NCBI GenBank assembly: GCA_001643675.2
Contig: LSRY02000062.1
Coordinates: 248,001 to 312,000, forward strand
Reading direction: 5' to 3'
Length of the DNA stretch: 64,000 nucleotides
DNA from: Monocercomonoides exilis PA203
Taxonomy: Eukaryota > Protista > Preaxostyla
Position numbers and translations under genes: made by a program. Shown here in pieces: positions 1-11,518 of the stretch; positions within the stretch are counted from its first letter, which is position 1, and every line of letters begins with the position of its first letter. The notes beneath the pieces were generated by a model. That model worked only from the letters and a program-made list of their open reading frames with translations. It did not search any database and was not told the DNA's origin.

Positions 1-62
1 ATCTACAACACCTCTTTATTATGGGAGTGAGCTCTGCATTATGGGCTCAGCCGGTCACAAAA
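1..62. repeat. Element 3' inverted terminal repeat (truncated at window edge)
   Basis: ATCTACAACACCTC...CCGGTCACAAAA is the reverse complement of 4711-4772 with one mismatch in 62 nt. Confidence 0.95.
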
Positions 63-538
63 GTGATGTGTTCAAATGGATGAAGTGTTAAAATAACATA
101 ACAATAAATATATTCTGTGCCTAATGGCTTACTGAGGTGTTGTAGCGTTTGGCAGTTGTCGAAGGCTCGGCTTGGGAAGTAGTTTTGGCATTTTGTAAAC
201 GGCGCTCGATTTAGGTATCGGCAATAGCGCACGGCTATCAGCACAGGCTCTTTGTATTGGCTAGATGTATTCGTTCTTGGTATTACTTTGGAGTGGCTTT
301 ATCTTTGGCTTGGTCTGTTGATTTTTAAAATAATATCTGTGTTATTTTGACTCAATTTATCTCTTCGTCTTTCTTTCTCCTTGAATATCTCTTGCAATAT
401 TCCAGGTTGTGAATTATTATTTAAAGGTCTTGGGTTGGGGAAAAAACGGGGAATGATTGGACCTTATCAGTTTAGTGAGGTTTTATTTCTTGAAAACACG
501 AAGTGTGAAGCGGAGGGAGGAGCTATGCTCTGGGAGTG

Positions 539-633
539 AAAAGAGGTGTTGTAGATAGATTTTTCTCCGCGAATTAAAGTACAAAGAATTTATATTCTGA
601 ACGAAAAACTGTTATATTTAATACCTCTTTATT
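539..633. repeat. Internal complementary region (ICR) of the DIRS element
   Basis: 540-557 AAAGAGGTGTTGTAGATA is identical to 4756-4773 and complementary to the window start. 573-586 ATTAAAGTACAAAG is the exact reverse complement of 4799-4812. 573-633 aligns degenerately with the reverse complement of 4753-4812. Confidence 0.88.
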
Positions 634-948
634 TAATGAGTGTTCGTTATTAGACAAATCATTGTTTTTGTTTGTCTTGATGCATTTAATTGTCCCCTAA
701 GTCTCGGATCCTTTTTCGGTCTTCTCTGATTCTAAATCTTTCTTCTCTCCAGTCTCCTTATCCTTTGGTTCTTCAACGCTTGAAGGAAATATAACTGTTT
801 GACTTGTCTTCGTCAAGAGGATCGTTTGTTGTGGAAGAGGAATTGAAGGCAGTGCTTATGAAGGTGAATGGTATTGTTGATATATTCGAGAGGTTTGAAA
901 GATAAATATTTGGAGACCATACATTCTGGTAGTTGTTTTCTGTTTCAT

Positions 949-3900
949 TCAAAAGGAAATTCTTTTTATTTGCTTGGAAAAGCAGATTTTCTCAATAATT
1001 GTGTCTTCTTCCCATCGTGAACTATTTTCCTCTGGGGCAAGGAGCGCGCGGGCCATCCGGTTTGCCAGGTTCGCTTTGTAGAATGATCTGGACGGAGTAT
1101 GAGCAGTTGTTGATAGGCGTGCGTGCTTGGCGATGCAAACCTCCGCGATACCACTTGATGCCAGCTTGGATATCGATGCATGCTTTATTGTGTATGGTCT
1201 GTATTCCTCAGGAACTCCTGCTTTCCGCAAACCCATTCAAGCAAGTGTTCTTATCCCCTTTGCGGTTAACGGTGTATGGTGCGTTGTATTGAGAAGGAAC
1301 TTATCTCTATTTTCATACGTTGCTTTGACTCTCTCCCAAAGGGTGTGAATCGCTCTTGCAGGACATATTCGTTTGTGAACATCCTCTAGGCATGGAACAG
1401 TAATGTATTCCCTGGATCTGGAAGTCTTAAGTCTTGTGGATAGATAAATCGCATCATTTTCGAATATTGAGTTAGCCATTGATATCTGCTCAAGCTCATG
1501 GAATCGACATGAAGTGAACAGCATAACCAGCAAAATGCACTTCACCGTCAGGTCAAAAAAAGAAAGATACTCGTTCAGCCCGTAGTTCTCGTAATATGAC
1601 AGCACAATGCCGGGGCTCCACATCTTTGTGTACGGCTTTCTATGTGTTTGGGAAAAAGAAAACGATCTGAATATTGTGCTTATTAAACTAACTTTACTCA
1701 AGTCCTTACCATATCCCGTCTTGGAAAAGAGTGAAATCGCTGACCTTGTGGCACACAGGCATGAATATTTACCACCTTTGTCTCTCATGGATAGAAGACA
1801 ATTTGCACAATCCATTGACCATTCATCGAAATATTTCGGGAACGGACCCAGTTTCAACTCTTCCCATTCTCTGCTGAAGTGTGCAAAGCCAAAGGTGTAT
1901 TGATTCCATGTGGACTTTGCTATGCTCTCCTTCGTAACGGAAATGATCCTATCTGGGACTCCGCAGATCCTGAGGCTTTTCCACCACCATTCTTCTCCAA
2001 CTTCTCTTACCAATTGATTGTTACTGCCATGTATCCACCGGGAGGCAGTGCTGCGCCCGTTCTCCTCAGGCCTGCTCCCGGGATTAAAACCGCTTTCAAG
2101 TTCCTCCAAACGTAATACTGTGACATCATCTCTTCCAGAAAGTTGCTCCATATTTGATTCCTCCTTGACGGAAGAAGGATGATTGCTCTCGCTCTCTCTG
2201 CTTTTGCTTTCTTGAGACTCGGAAGTATCAACGGAATCGGAGTGTGAATGAGCATTGTGTTCCTTGTCCAATCTGCCGTGAGACGATCTTGAGCGAACGG
2301 ACTTCCTGGACCATACCATATCTCCTTCCTCCTGTTTCCTTCGTTTGCGAAGCCGTCTATCTCTGCTGTCACTCCGAGAGCCCTCTCCGCTTCCTTCAGA
2401 CATTGACTCCTTATCATATAATCTCCTGCGGCCTCCAACCTGGACAATGCGTCTGCGGTTGTGTTTTTCTCCCCTGGAATGTGGATTGCTGTCATCGTCA
2501 ATTTCATCGACTGACATGTGGCCTTGATCTTTCTCAATAACTGCAGGAGGTTGGTTCCCGCACCCCACCTGTTGATGTTGAATACTACACTGGTGTTGTC
2601 GGACCGGAGAAGGATCTTGCACACATGGTTGCGAGTGATTTGTAATGAAAAATCGTTGAGAGCCGATAAAACTGCAAGGAGCTCCTTGAAATTGGATGTT
2701 TGGAGCCTTGTGATGTTGCTGAACTGTTTGTGAAAGTAAAATCTCTCTCTTCCAACTGCCAAGGTTGCTCCGCAAGCCCAAGGGGAAGCATCTGTCGTTA
2801 ATATGGCGTCGGGCTTCGAGAAGTTCACCAGTTCTCTGATGAAATTCTCCTTGAGCCTTTGAATCCAGAAGTCCAATTGTCTTTTTATGTTGTTGTTCAA
2901 GAAAACCGCTCCTTCCCAACCATCTTTCTTGACCTCCTTGTTCAATAAATGGTACATTTTGTTCATGTATAAAGAAGCGTCTTTGTACACGAACCGTGCG
3001 GCGCTGAGCTGACCTATGAATGAAGCGAAGTCTCTCGTTTTTGCAAAGTGGTTCTTCCTCACCCTCTTCATCCATTTGATACACTCTTTCCTCAGTTCCC
3101 TGCGTCTCTGTTGTTCCATTGAGACAACCATCCGGCTCGTATTCCACGTCCATCCGAGATAGTTGAAGTTCTTCTTGGGGAAGAACTCGCTCTTCTCCCT
3201 GTTGATGATTAAGCCCAACTGTTGAAACCACTCGACAATTTCTTGAGTTGCAATCTTCAGCTTGACTTGATCTGGATCCAGCAATAGGACATCGTCGAAG
3301 TAGGAAATGCACCTCACCTTCCATCTTCTTCGGATTTCTTGCGAAACTTTTCTCATAACCTTCGTGAAAATTCGCGGTGCGTCTTTGAATCCGAAGGGCA
3401 TGCCTTTGATCCCGTAGTATCTTTCTTCGAACTTGAAGGCTAGGAATGGGGTGAAGTGCTTGTGAACTGGGATCAGGAAATAAGCCTGAGATAGATCTAG
3501 TGAGGTTGCGAAATCTCCCTTTTGAATTAGTCTCTCCACAGTGCGATGGTCTTCCATTTTGAAATGAATATCTTTCAGTGTGGAATTGAGTGTATGGCAA
3601 TCGAGGATTTGACGGAAGTTCCCTGTCTTCTTCTTTATGAAAAATATGTTGTTCAAGCAAGAGACCTCTCCTTCTTGTAGCTGTGTTAAGATATCTGTCC
3701 TGAGTCCTTCTTGAATCCATTCTGAGCAAGCCTCTCTCTCCTCTCTGCCACCCAGGAAGCCTCTGCCTTTCATCTTTTCCTGTTTCAACTTGTCCCTTGC
3801 GGCTCTCCCCTTCCAAATCGGTCTTATCCCGTCTTTTATCCAATTGGTCACTCCGATCTTCTTCCATTCCTCGGCAAAGGCTTGGGTGCGGCCCCCTACT

Positions 3901-3984
3901 TTCTCCGAAAAAAATTGCTTCTTGATACTGAACGTGTTGATCTTCCAGTTCCCGAGCTTGTAGATCTTGTTTTCCATGAACCAA
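949..3984 (-). pseudogene. DIRS tyrosine recombinase frame, interrupted by an in-frame TGA at 1237-1239
   Basis: Frame 1237-3984 carries STWNQY (SAM-like N-domain), MWSPGIVL, box I CRFHEL, LKTS and ICPARAI. The same frame continues after the TGA (949-1236) with RPYTIKHASISK and ..SFYK (box II and catalytic Tyr region). 3984 is a TTG; the true start is uncertain. Confidence 0.8.
2007..3977 (-). CDS. DIRS pol: reverse transcriptase + RNase H + Dam-like methyltransferase domain
   Basis: RT motifs FRQILDC, LDLSQAYF, MPFGFKDAPRIF, YFDD, YLG. RNase H motifs TDAS, KELLAV, SDN, HIPGEKNTTADALSR. C-terminal DGFANEGN..DW..HTPIPLI..LLPS..QIW resembles the DIRS MT domain. Confidence 0.93.
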   Translation of the reverse strand: MENKIYKLGNWKINTFSIKKQFFSEKVGGRTQAFAEEWKKIGVTNWIKDGIRPIWKGRAARDKLKQEKMKGRGFLGGREEREACSEWIQEGLRTDILTQLQEGEVSCLNNIFFIKKKTGNFRQILDCHTLNSTLKDIHFKMEDHRTVERLIQKGDFATSLDLSQAYFLIPVHKHFTPFLAFKFEERYYGIKGMPFGFKDAPRIFTKVMRKVSQEIRRRWKVRCISYFDDVLLLDPDQVKLKIATQEIVEWFQQLGLIINREKSEFFPKKNFNYLGWTWNTSRMVVSMEQQRRRELRKECIKWMKRVRKNHFAKTRDFASFIGQLSAARFVYKDASLYMNKMYHLLNKEVKKDGWEGAVFLNNNIKRQLDFWIQRLKENFIRELVNFSKPDAILTTDASPWACGATLAVGRERFYFHKQFSNITRLQTSNFKELLAVLSALNDFSLQITRNHVCKILLRSDNTSVVFNINRWGAGTNLLQLLRKIKATCQSMKLTMTAIHIPGEKNTTADALSRLEAAGDYMIRSQCLKEAERALGVTAEIDGFANEGNRRKEIWYGPGSPFAQDRLTADWTRNTMLIHTPIPLILPSLKKAKAERARAIILLPSRRNQIWSNFLEEMMSQYYVWRNLKAVLIPGAGLRRTGAALPPGGYMAVTINW

Positions 3985-4624
3985 TTCTCCTTGTTCTTTG
4001 TGACAAGTGTGAAACAGCGCTAACCTGTCTCCGCTCTGTTCTGGCCTGCAATATTGGCTTTATCCTCTCCAGCTGCTCTGTGGTCAATAACGGATCATCC
4101 TTTTCTGCTTGAAGTGTTTTGGCGGCCTTGAAACCGAACCTGGCTTGGATGCGCATGTGGCGTGCCGCTTGGAGAGCTGCGACTGTAAGCATCATTGTAT
4201 CTCCCTGGTGTTGTTGTGCTTCTTCTGTTGTCCCTCGCGTAGCCATCAACATCGCTTTTAAAGCGGGCATTAATAAAGATTCCACATTATACGCTCCTTC
4301 GTCTAAAGCATCGGAAAACCAACTTTGCGATCGCGAATGTGGATGGGTCGTAGCAGGCAGGAACGGGGGGACCGATAAGGATTCGTAATCTCGTAATGTC
4401 TGGAGAAGATCTCCTTGATCTACACGATAAGCAAATATTGTACTCTGCAAGTTTTCTCCAAAGTTTAATTTAGCTGCTTCTAATAGAGGTTGTGTTGGGG
4501 AGTGAGGCGAGCCAACTGAACTAGAAGATGTTGAGGTTGTCGAGGTTGTTGAGGACATAGCTGACAAGGCTGGGAATTGGGCTCCTGGGGCATCTGTAGT
4601 TGGAATGGAGATGGGAGGCGCCAT
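3896..4624 (-). CDS. DIRS gag-like ORF1
   Basis: First ORF inside the 5' ITR; overlaps the start of pol and YR in the third frame; basic Arg/Ser C-terminus. An upstream in-frame ATG at 4702 is separated by a TGA at 4625-4627. Assigned by position. Confidence 0.7.
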   Translation of the reverse strand: MAPPISIPTTDAPGAQFPALSAMSSTTSTTSTSSSSVGSPHSPTQPLLEAAKLNFGENLQSTIFAYRVDQGDLLQTLRDYESLSVPPFLPATTHPHSRSQSWFSDALDEGAYNVESLLMPALKAMLMATRGTTEEAQQHQGDTMMLTVAALQAARHMRIQARFGFKAAKTLQAEKDDPLLTTEQLERIKPILQARTERRQVSAVSHLSQRTRRIGSWKTRSTSSGTGRSTRSVSRSNFFRRK

Positions 4625-4710
4625 TCACATGCCGCCTGTTGGTCCGCTTTGCGGGAATATCCCGCTCAGTCCCGATGCAGGTCCTTCCAACAAAGTTGTC
4701 ATTTTTCGAA

Positions 4711-4812
4711 TTTTGTGATCGGCTGAGCCCATAATGCAGAGCTCACTCCCATAATAAAGAGGTGTTGTAGATAACGGTTTTTCTCTAGAATTAAGGTACT
4801 TTGTACTTTAAT
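4711..4812. repeat. Element 5' inverted terminal repeat and terminus
   Basis: 4711-4772 mirrors 1-62. Complementarity to the ICR stops at 4812, after which the sequence is AT-rich host-like DNA. Confidence 0.88.
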
Positions 4813-4880
4813 GTATAATAATATTTTAAAAAATTATTTGAAAATAGGTTGTGATCATATTGTTAAAAGAAATAGAAAAC

Positions 4881-5069
4881 ATGGCAAGATGTCCATTTTA
4901 TAATGTTGCAAACAACTGGGCTGTATGTACTAGTTGCGGGAAAGTGCATTGTAATTCATGTGGAAAAGGATCAAACGGAGTGAAGAGAAGAGCATGCAAC
5001 GTTTGCCCTTACTGTGTGAAGACCTGCCATATGAATCTTACTCAAAAAGCCCCATCCTATGCCAAATAA
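4881..5069 (+). CDS. Small (62 aa) Cys-rich zinc-finger-like protein
   Basis: ATG 4881 to TAA 5069, MARCPFYN..CTSC..HCNSC..CNVCPYC..CH; 9 Cys; GC content higher than the flanks. Confidence 0.55.
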   Translation: MARCPFYNVANNWAVCTSCGKVHCNSCGKGSNGVKRRACNVCPYCVKTCHMNLTQKAPSYAK

Positions 5070-6263
5070 TTTCGAATAATTTAAAGTGAATGTTGCAAAA
5101 ACCTAAAATTGATGTTTCTTTAGATTTTTCGAATACTCATAATTGTGTAATTGTTGTTATTCTGATTAGCAAGAGCCCTGCTCGCATTAATCAATAAGAG
5201 TTTAACAATTATTTCGTTATTGAAGTTTATTAAATGGTTATCATTTGAGCCCAAATGAAAATCGTTTATATTTGTTTTATTGTAATTTTTAGAATTGTAT
5301 TTCAATCTTTTCGATTTTCTTTGTTTATTTGTTGTTTTGGCGAAAACAATTCATTTATTTGATGGGGGTTGTTTGAACAAGGGTTGTAATTTAAAAATAG
5401 AGAAAAGTCAAAAAGTCCAAATATTTGATGATTTTGAAAGACATAGAAAAATCGAAAATGGATAAATGTGACAATGGTAAATCCTTTATATTGTTATTAT
5501 TTTTCGGAAAAATCGTTTTGTTTTGTTCATTATATCCAAATGTCGTGTCAGAGTTTGATTATTTCTTCTCTCCTGAAACATACTTAACGCAGCTATGCGC
5601 AAAATTAGCTTTTAAAATTGTTATTATTTATTTAACGTCCAATTTATTTCATTTGAAATGGGCAATAGATGTGATTTTCAAAAACTTAAACTGAATGTTT
5701 TGATAAAGTTTTTTTTAGAAATTTCTTCATTCCCAAATATCTTCTTAAAAAATCATAACATATCGTTTCCTTCATATAAAGAAATATTTTAAATTCGCAA
5801 TTGACACAAAAATAATACAAATATTGTCCAATTTTTCTCGTTGAGATACAGTTTAAAAAGACTAATCGTCAAATCCAAAAATTTTGTAAAAAGCAACACA
5901 AATATTTTGAATGAACGAATATTTTCTGTCCATTAAAGATAAAAATTATCTGAATTAAAAAAGCTGAATACTGATTATATTCAACGTTACGAATGATGTT
6001 TTCAAAAATAAAAGTTTAATTTATAGTACCTTTTGATTTTCTCTTTGAAATTTAAAGTTATCTTAGGAAAATAATTGTTGCTTTCCTTTGAAGCTCACAT
6101 TTCATTTAGATTGTCTATATGCTTTTTAATTTAACAACTTAATGTGCATTTCACCTTGGGATGCATTTTGCAATTTAAATATTACAAAAAAAAAAAAAAA
6201 TGAAGTGTTGAAAATATCAAGAAATAAAGTTACTATCACAAAAACATTTCAATTAACGAAGTT

Positions 6264-7061
6264 TCATTCTGATTTTTGAGTAGGAGCCAATACTGGTCTA
6301 ACAAGTTCAGGTCCACTTCCATTGTAAAACACTCCTTGCCATTCAACTCCCTTTTCACTGATATACTTCCCCCTTCCGTGCATCCTAAAAAAAGAAAGAA
6401 TAGCAAATCAAAAAAAGTCAAAACTATAAATTAAATAAAAAATAAAAAGCAAGCTTTCCATCGAGCCATCCTCCTGTATAAGTTGCTCCATCAGGCCATG
6501 TGTATGTCCCTTCCCCATTGTATGTATTGTGCTTGAATGATCCCTAAATTTTATCATACAATAATAAAGCATTCATTTGAATTGTGCAAACCTGATATGA
6601 AGATCCTCCTTCACGAGTGAAAAACTGAAAATAATACAGTAAAATTGTTTTCACATTAATTTTTTGACTTCAAACCCCTTCTCCTTCCATCACATCTTCT
6701 ACCCAATCACCTTCATATCTTACTGGCCCATCCACAAAAATTCCTTTTCCATGCCTCATAAGTCCTTTCTCAGGAAAATTCATAACTTGACCATCTAAAT
6801 TATTGCTTTATAAGAGTATTTTGAAAAATATAAATATCAAGCCATATGTTGCTCCACTTGGAAATACAAAAACTCCACTTGTTGGTTCGATTGGAACAGG
6901 TTCTATGAAATAAATGAAAAAAGATAAATAAATTTTAACATCAAAGCAATTTGTTCATATAATTGTAATTGACCTTGCTCCTCGATAACCTCTTCAACCT
7001 TTTGTTTGTCACTTTTCTTTCTTCCCTTCTTTCCTGGTGATGAAGCCCTCTTTTCAGACAT
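6264..7061 (-). CDS. MORN-repeat protein (6 exons)
   Basis: Spliced translation gives GATYDGQ..RHGKGIF, RYEGDWVEDVMEGEG, SYQGSFKHNTYNGEGTYTWPDGATYTGGWLDGKMHGRGKY. ATG 7061, TGA 6264. Introns 6795-6842 and 6385-6454 are GC-AG. Confidence 0.88.
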
Positions 7062-7152
7062 ATTCAGAATTGAAATAACTTTATACCCATTTTTAATAAT
7101 TTTTAAATATAATCTTTTTCATTTTCATTTTTAAAGAACTCAACATTCCATT

Positions 7153-7798
7153 ATGAATGTTCTTCAAGACAGAATTGATGAAATAGAAGAATGCTGTCAA
7201 AAAGAAATGTCTTCTTCATTTTCCAAAGAGGCTTTTCAACAATTACATCAACTTGATGAGGAATTTAAAGGCAAGCTTTCTTCTGGAGAACATAAATTTA
7301 TTAAAGAGTGTTTGACATCTTGTTTGATTAATGCATATCATTTTTGAATCTTTTACATTTTTTTACAAAGATAGAGAATTAAAGCTATTCTCTGATTATC
7401 TTGACGAACCCTCTGCAAAGATTCAAGCAATTTCATCCCTTCTCGAAAGAGAAGAAGAGATAAACCAAATATATTGTAGATCCATGGGAATTGAAGAAAA
7501 GAAAGAAGTGCTTGATGATCCAGAGATTTTGTCAATACTTCAACATCATAAAGTTATTGAAAAAGCCGATAATGATCATGCTTTATTGCTTGATGCCCAA
7601 CAAGACTTGACAGCAAAAGTTCAAAATTTGCTAAATTATCATAGCTTAATTGTTTGCTTCAATTTTTTGAGCAGAAAAATTATTTTTTTCTCCAACAAGT
7701 CCGAACTTTTTACAAAAAAAATAAACTCAATAAACGACGAACTGGATGGAATTGAAGAAAAGCTTCAACAAAAGCAAAATTATGATCCGCATTCATAA
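7153..7798 (+). CDS. Coiled-coil protein, probable dynactin p22/p24 (DCTN3-like); 2 introns
   Basis: About 175 aa, helical. Segments LLEREEEI, KEVLDDPEI and VQNLLNYHSLISELFTKKINSINDELDGIE resemble DCTN3 (ILAEEQFI, PMLDS, LLEEYN..LS..F..WDE.L..LE) by eye. Confidence 0.5.
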
Positions 7799-7923
7799 AT
7801 TAATATTGAAGCATCGAAAGGATGTTTATCATGTTTGAACCATTTTACAAAGATGTTTAACTCAGAAATAAATTTTTTTTGTAAATTTTATGACAAATTA
7901 CCTACAAAAGAAGCTATTTTTTA

Positions 7924-9638
<1,715 letters not shown>

Positions 9639-10372
9639 AAAAATTCGATTTGAATTATTTATTGTTTGATCTTAGACAATTTAATTGGAAAAAGGAGAAA
9701 TCTCCTATATATTTTTTTTGGTTCTGAAAATGTGTACAAAAAGTGAGTACTCTTTTTTCTTTGTTTATAATTGTATGTATTTGATGAAATATTACAATTC
9801 TTTTAAAAGATTTGGTAGCTGTTGAAAAATACATAGAAAATTAAAAAAACAGCTGTTGCTTTAAAAATAATATAAAAAATATTTACGTTAAAGTTCTCCA
9901 CGAAACATGAATGAATTTATTTTGATATATAGTACATAAACCCGCACAGATATTTCTTTTTTGAATTAAATAGAATACGAAAATAAACTAATTTTTTATT
10001 CAAATTTCTTCATCAGACTATTACAGAAATGTTCGCACTTTATAAAAATTATTATTGAATCACTTATCCATTTCGAAATGAGTTGTGTTTTACTTTTTTT
10101 CTTTTCATTTTCTTTCCTTTCAAGCAAATTCTCAACGATGAATGTGAAATTTTTGATATAACATAATTAACGAATTAGATTCCATTCATAAAAATTTAAT
10201 AAATAAGATATTAATTTTATTTTCTTTTGTAATCTGCTTGTTATCACTTTTCAGTTAATGGTATTTAATTTTTGTTGAACTATAATCAGTTCGTTCAATT
10301 TTTGATAAATCCATCAAAAGATCAATCACGAAAGTAACATTTATTTTCAAACAAAAATTTTTTTGCAAATAA

Positions 10373-11518
10373 ATGGTGTGGTTTAAAAGATTGTAAAAAA
10401 TTTTTATAAAAGTTCTTTTATTTCATCTTCACCTTTATTTTTTTTCAATTTATTCTCTCATCAAAACATGTAAGGGAAAATACGCTCAGTTAGTACTTGG
10501 ACCTGCTGGATGTGGAAAATCCACATATTGTTATTTTATGAATGAATATCTCTGCCAAAATAAAAGAATTCCTCATGTCATTAACCTGGATCCCGCTGCT
10601 GAAACATTTAAGTATCCGGTTTCTGTTGATATACGAGAACTGATTGATGCAACAAAGGTAATGGATAAAATGAAACTGGGACCAAACGGAAGTTTGATAT
10701 ATTGCATGGAATATTTAATGGAAAGAGAAGATTGGCTTTCAGAAAAGATTGGCGATTACGATGATGATTATTTGATTATCGATCTTCCAGGGCAAATTGA
10801 GTTGTATACTCATATGGATCTCATGAGATCATTTGCTCACCTTCTACAAGATAAGTATAATTATAGAGTTATTGCGCTGTACTTGTTGGATTCCCATTTT
10901 ATAACTGATGCAGGTAAATATATTTCTGCGTGCTTAACTGCTCTATCTTCAATGATTCAGCTGGAAGTTCCGTTTGTTAATATACTCACGAAATGTGATT
11001 TACTTAGAGGAAAACAAGGGCTTGATACGTTCCTCGAACTTGACACACTTCGCCTCCTCAGCTTATTAAATGCTTCAATTCCTTCTTTGCAAGCTTCATC
11101 AAAGTTAGCTTCAGTCGATAAATTCTCTTCTGCGCTCACATCTTCTTCTTCTTCTTCTTCTTCCTCTTCCTCTTCCTCTTCTTCTAAAATTAATTCATCT
11201 GATGGTTCTGCAACAGTTTTGCAACCTTTGCAACGAATCAGTAAATATCGCCGTTTAAACGAAATGATGGCTCAAATATTGGAAGATTTTTCTCTTGTGT
11301 CATTTATACCATTGGATGTAACAAATGAGGAAAGTCTTGAAAATGTGTTGCTATCTATTGACATGGCAGTTCAATATGGGGAAGGTATATTTCAAATTTT
11401 TATTGTTTACAATCATCATTAATAATTATTATTTTATAAAATTTAAATATGAAAAGACGAAGAACCTAGGGAGCCAGAAGAAGATAGTGATAAAATTGAC
11501 ATGGATAACATTGACTGA
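10373..11518 (+). CDS. GPN3: GPN-loop GTPase 3
   Basis: GKYAQLVLGPAGCGKSTYC from 10475, INLDPAAE, LGPNGSLIYCMEY, DLPGQIELYTH, QYGE. The start ATG is probably on a separate mini-exon (10373). The last intron leads to TGA 11516-11518. Confidence 0.92.

Larger units (their letters stand above)
1..4812 (-). mobile_element. DIRS1-like tyrosine-recombinase retrotransposon, nearly full length (3' end clipped by window start)
   Basis: Inverted terminal repeats (1-62 vs 4711-4772), internal complementary region at 539-633, gag-like ORF, RT/RNaseH/MT ORF and overlapping tyrosine recombinase ORF. No protease or DDE integrase. This is the established DIRS1 organisation. Confidence 0.93.

Noticed and set aside
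47-470. Short ORF 47-244 and a possible hammerhead ribozyme in the element 3' region
   Set aside because: The ORF has a GTG start and no motif; the only near match (CTGATAA) lacks the CUGANGA core and flanking stems.
1-4812. LTR retrotransposon, DDE DNA transposon, or prokaryotic retron/DGR interpretation
   Set aside because: The repeats are inverted with an ICR, there is no protease or DDE integrase, and a YR and DIRS-type RNase H are present in a eukaryotic context.
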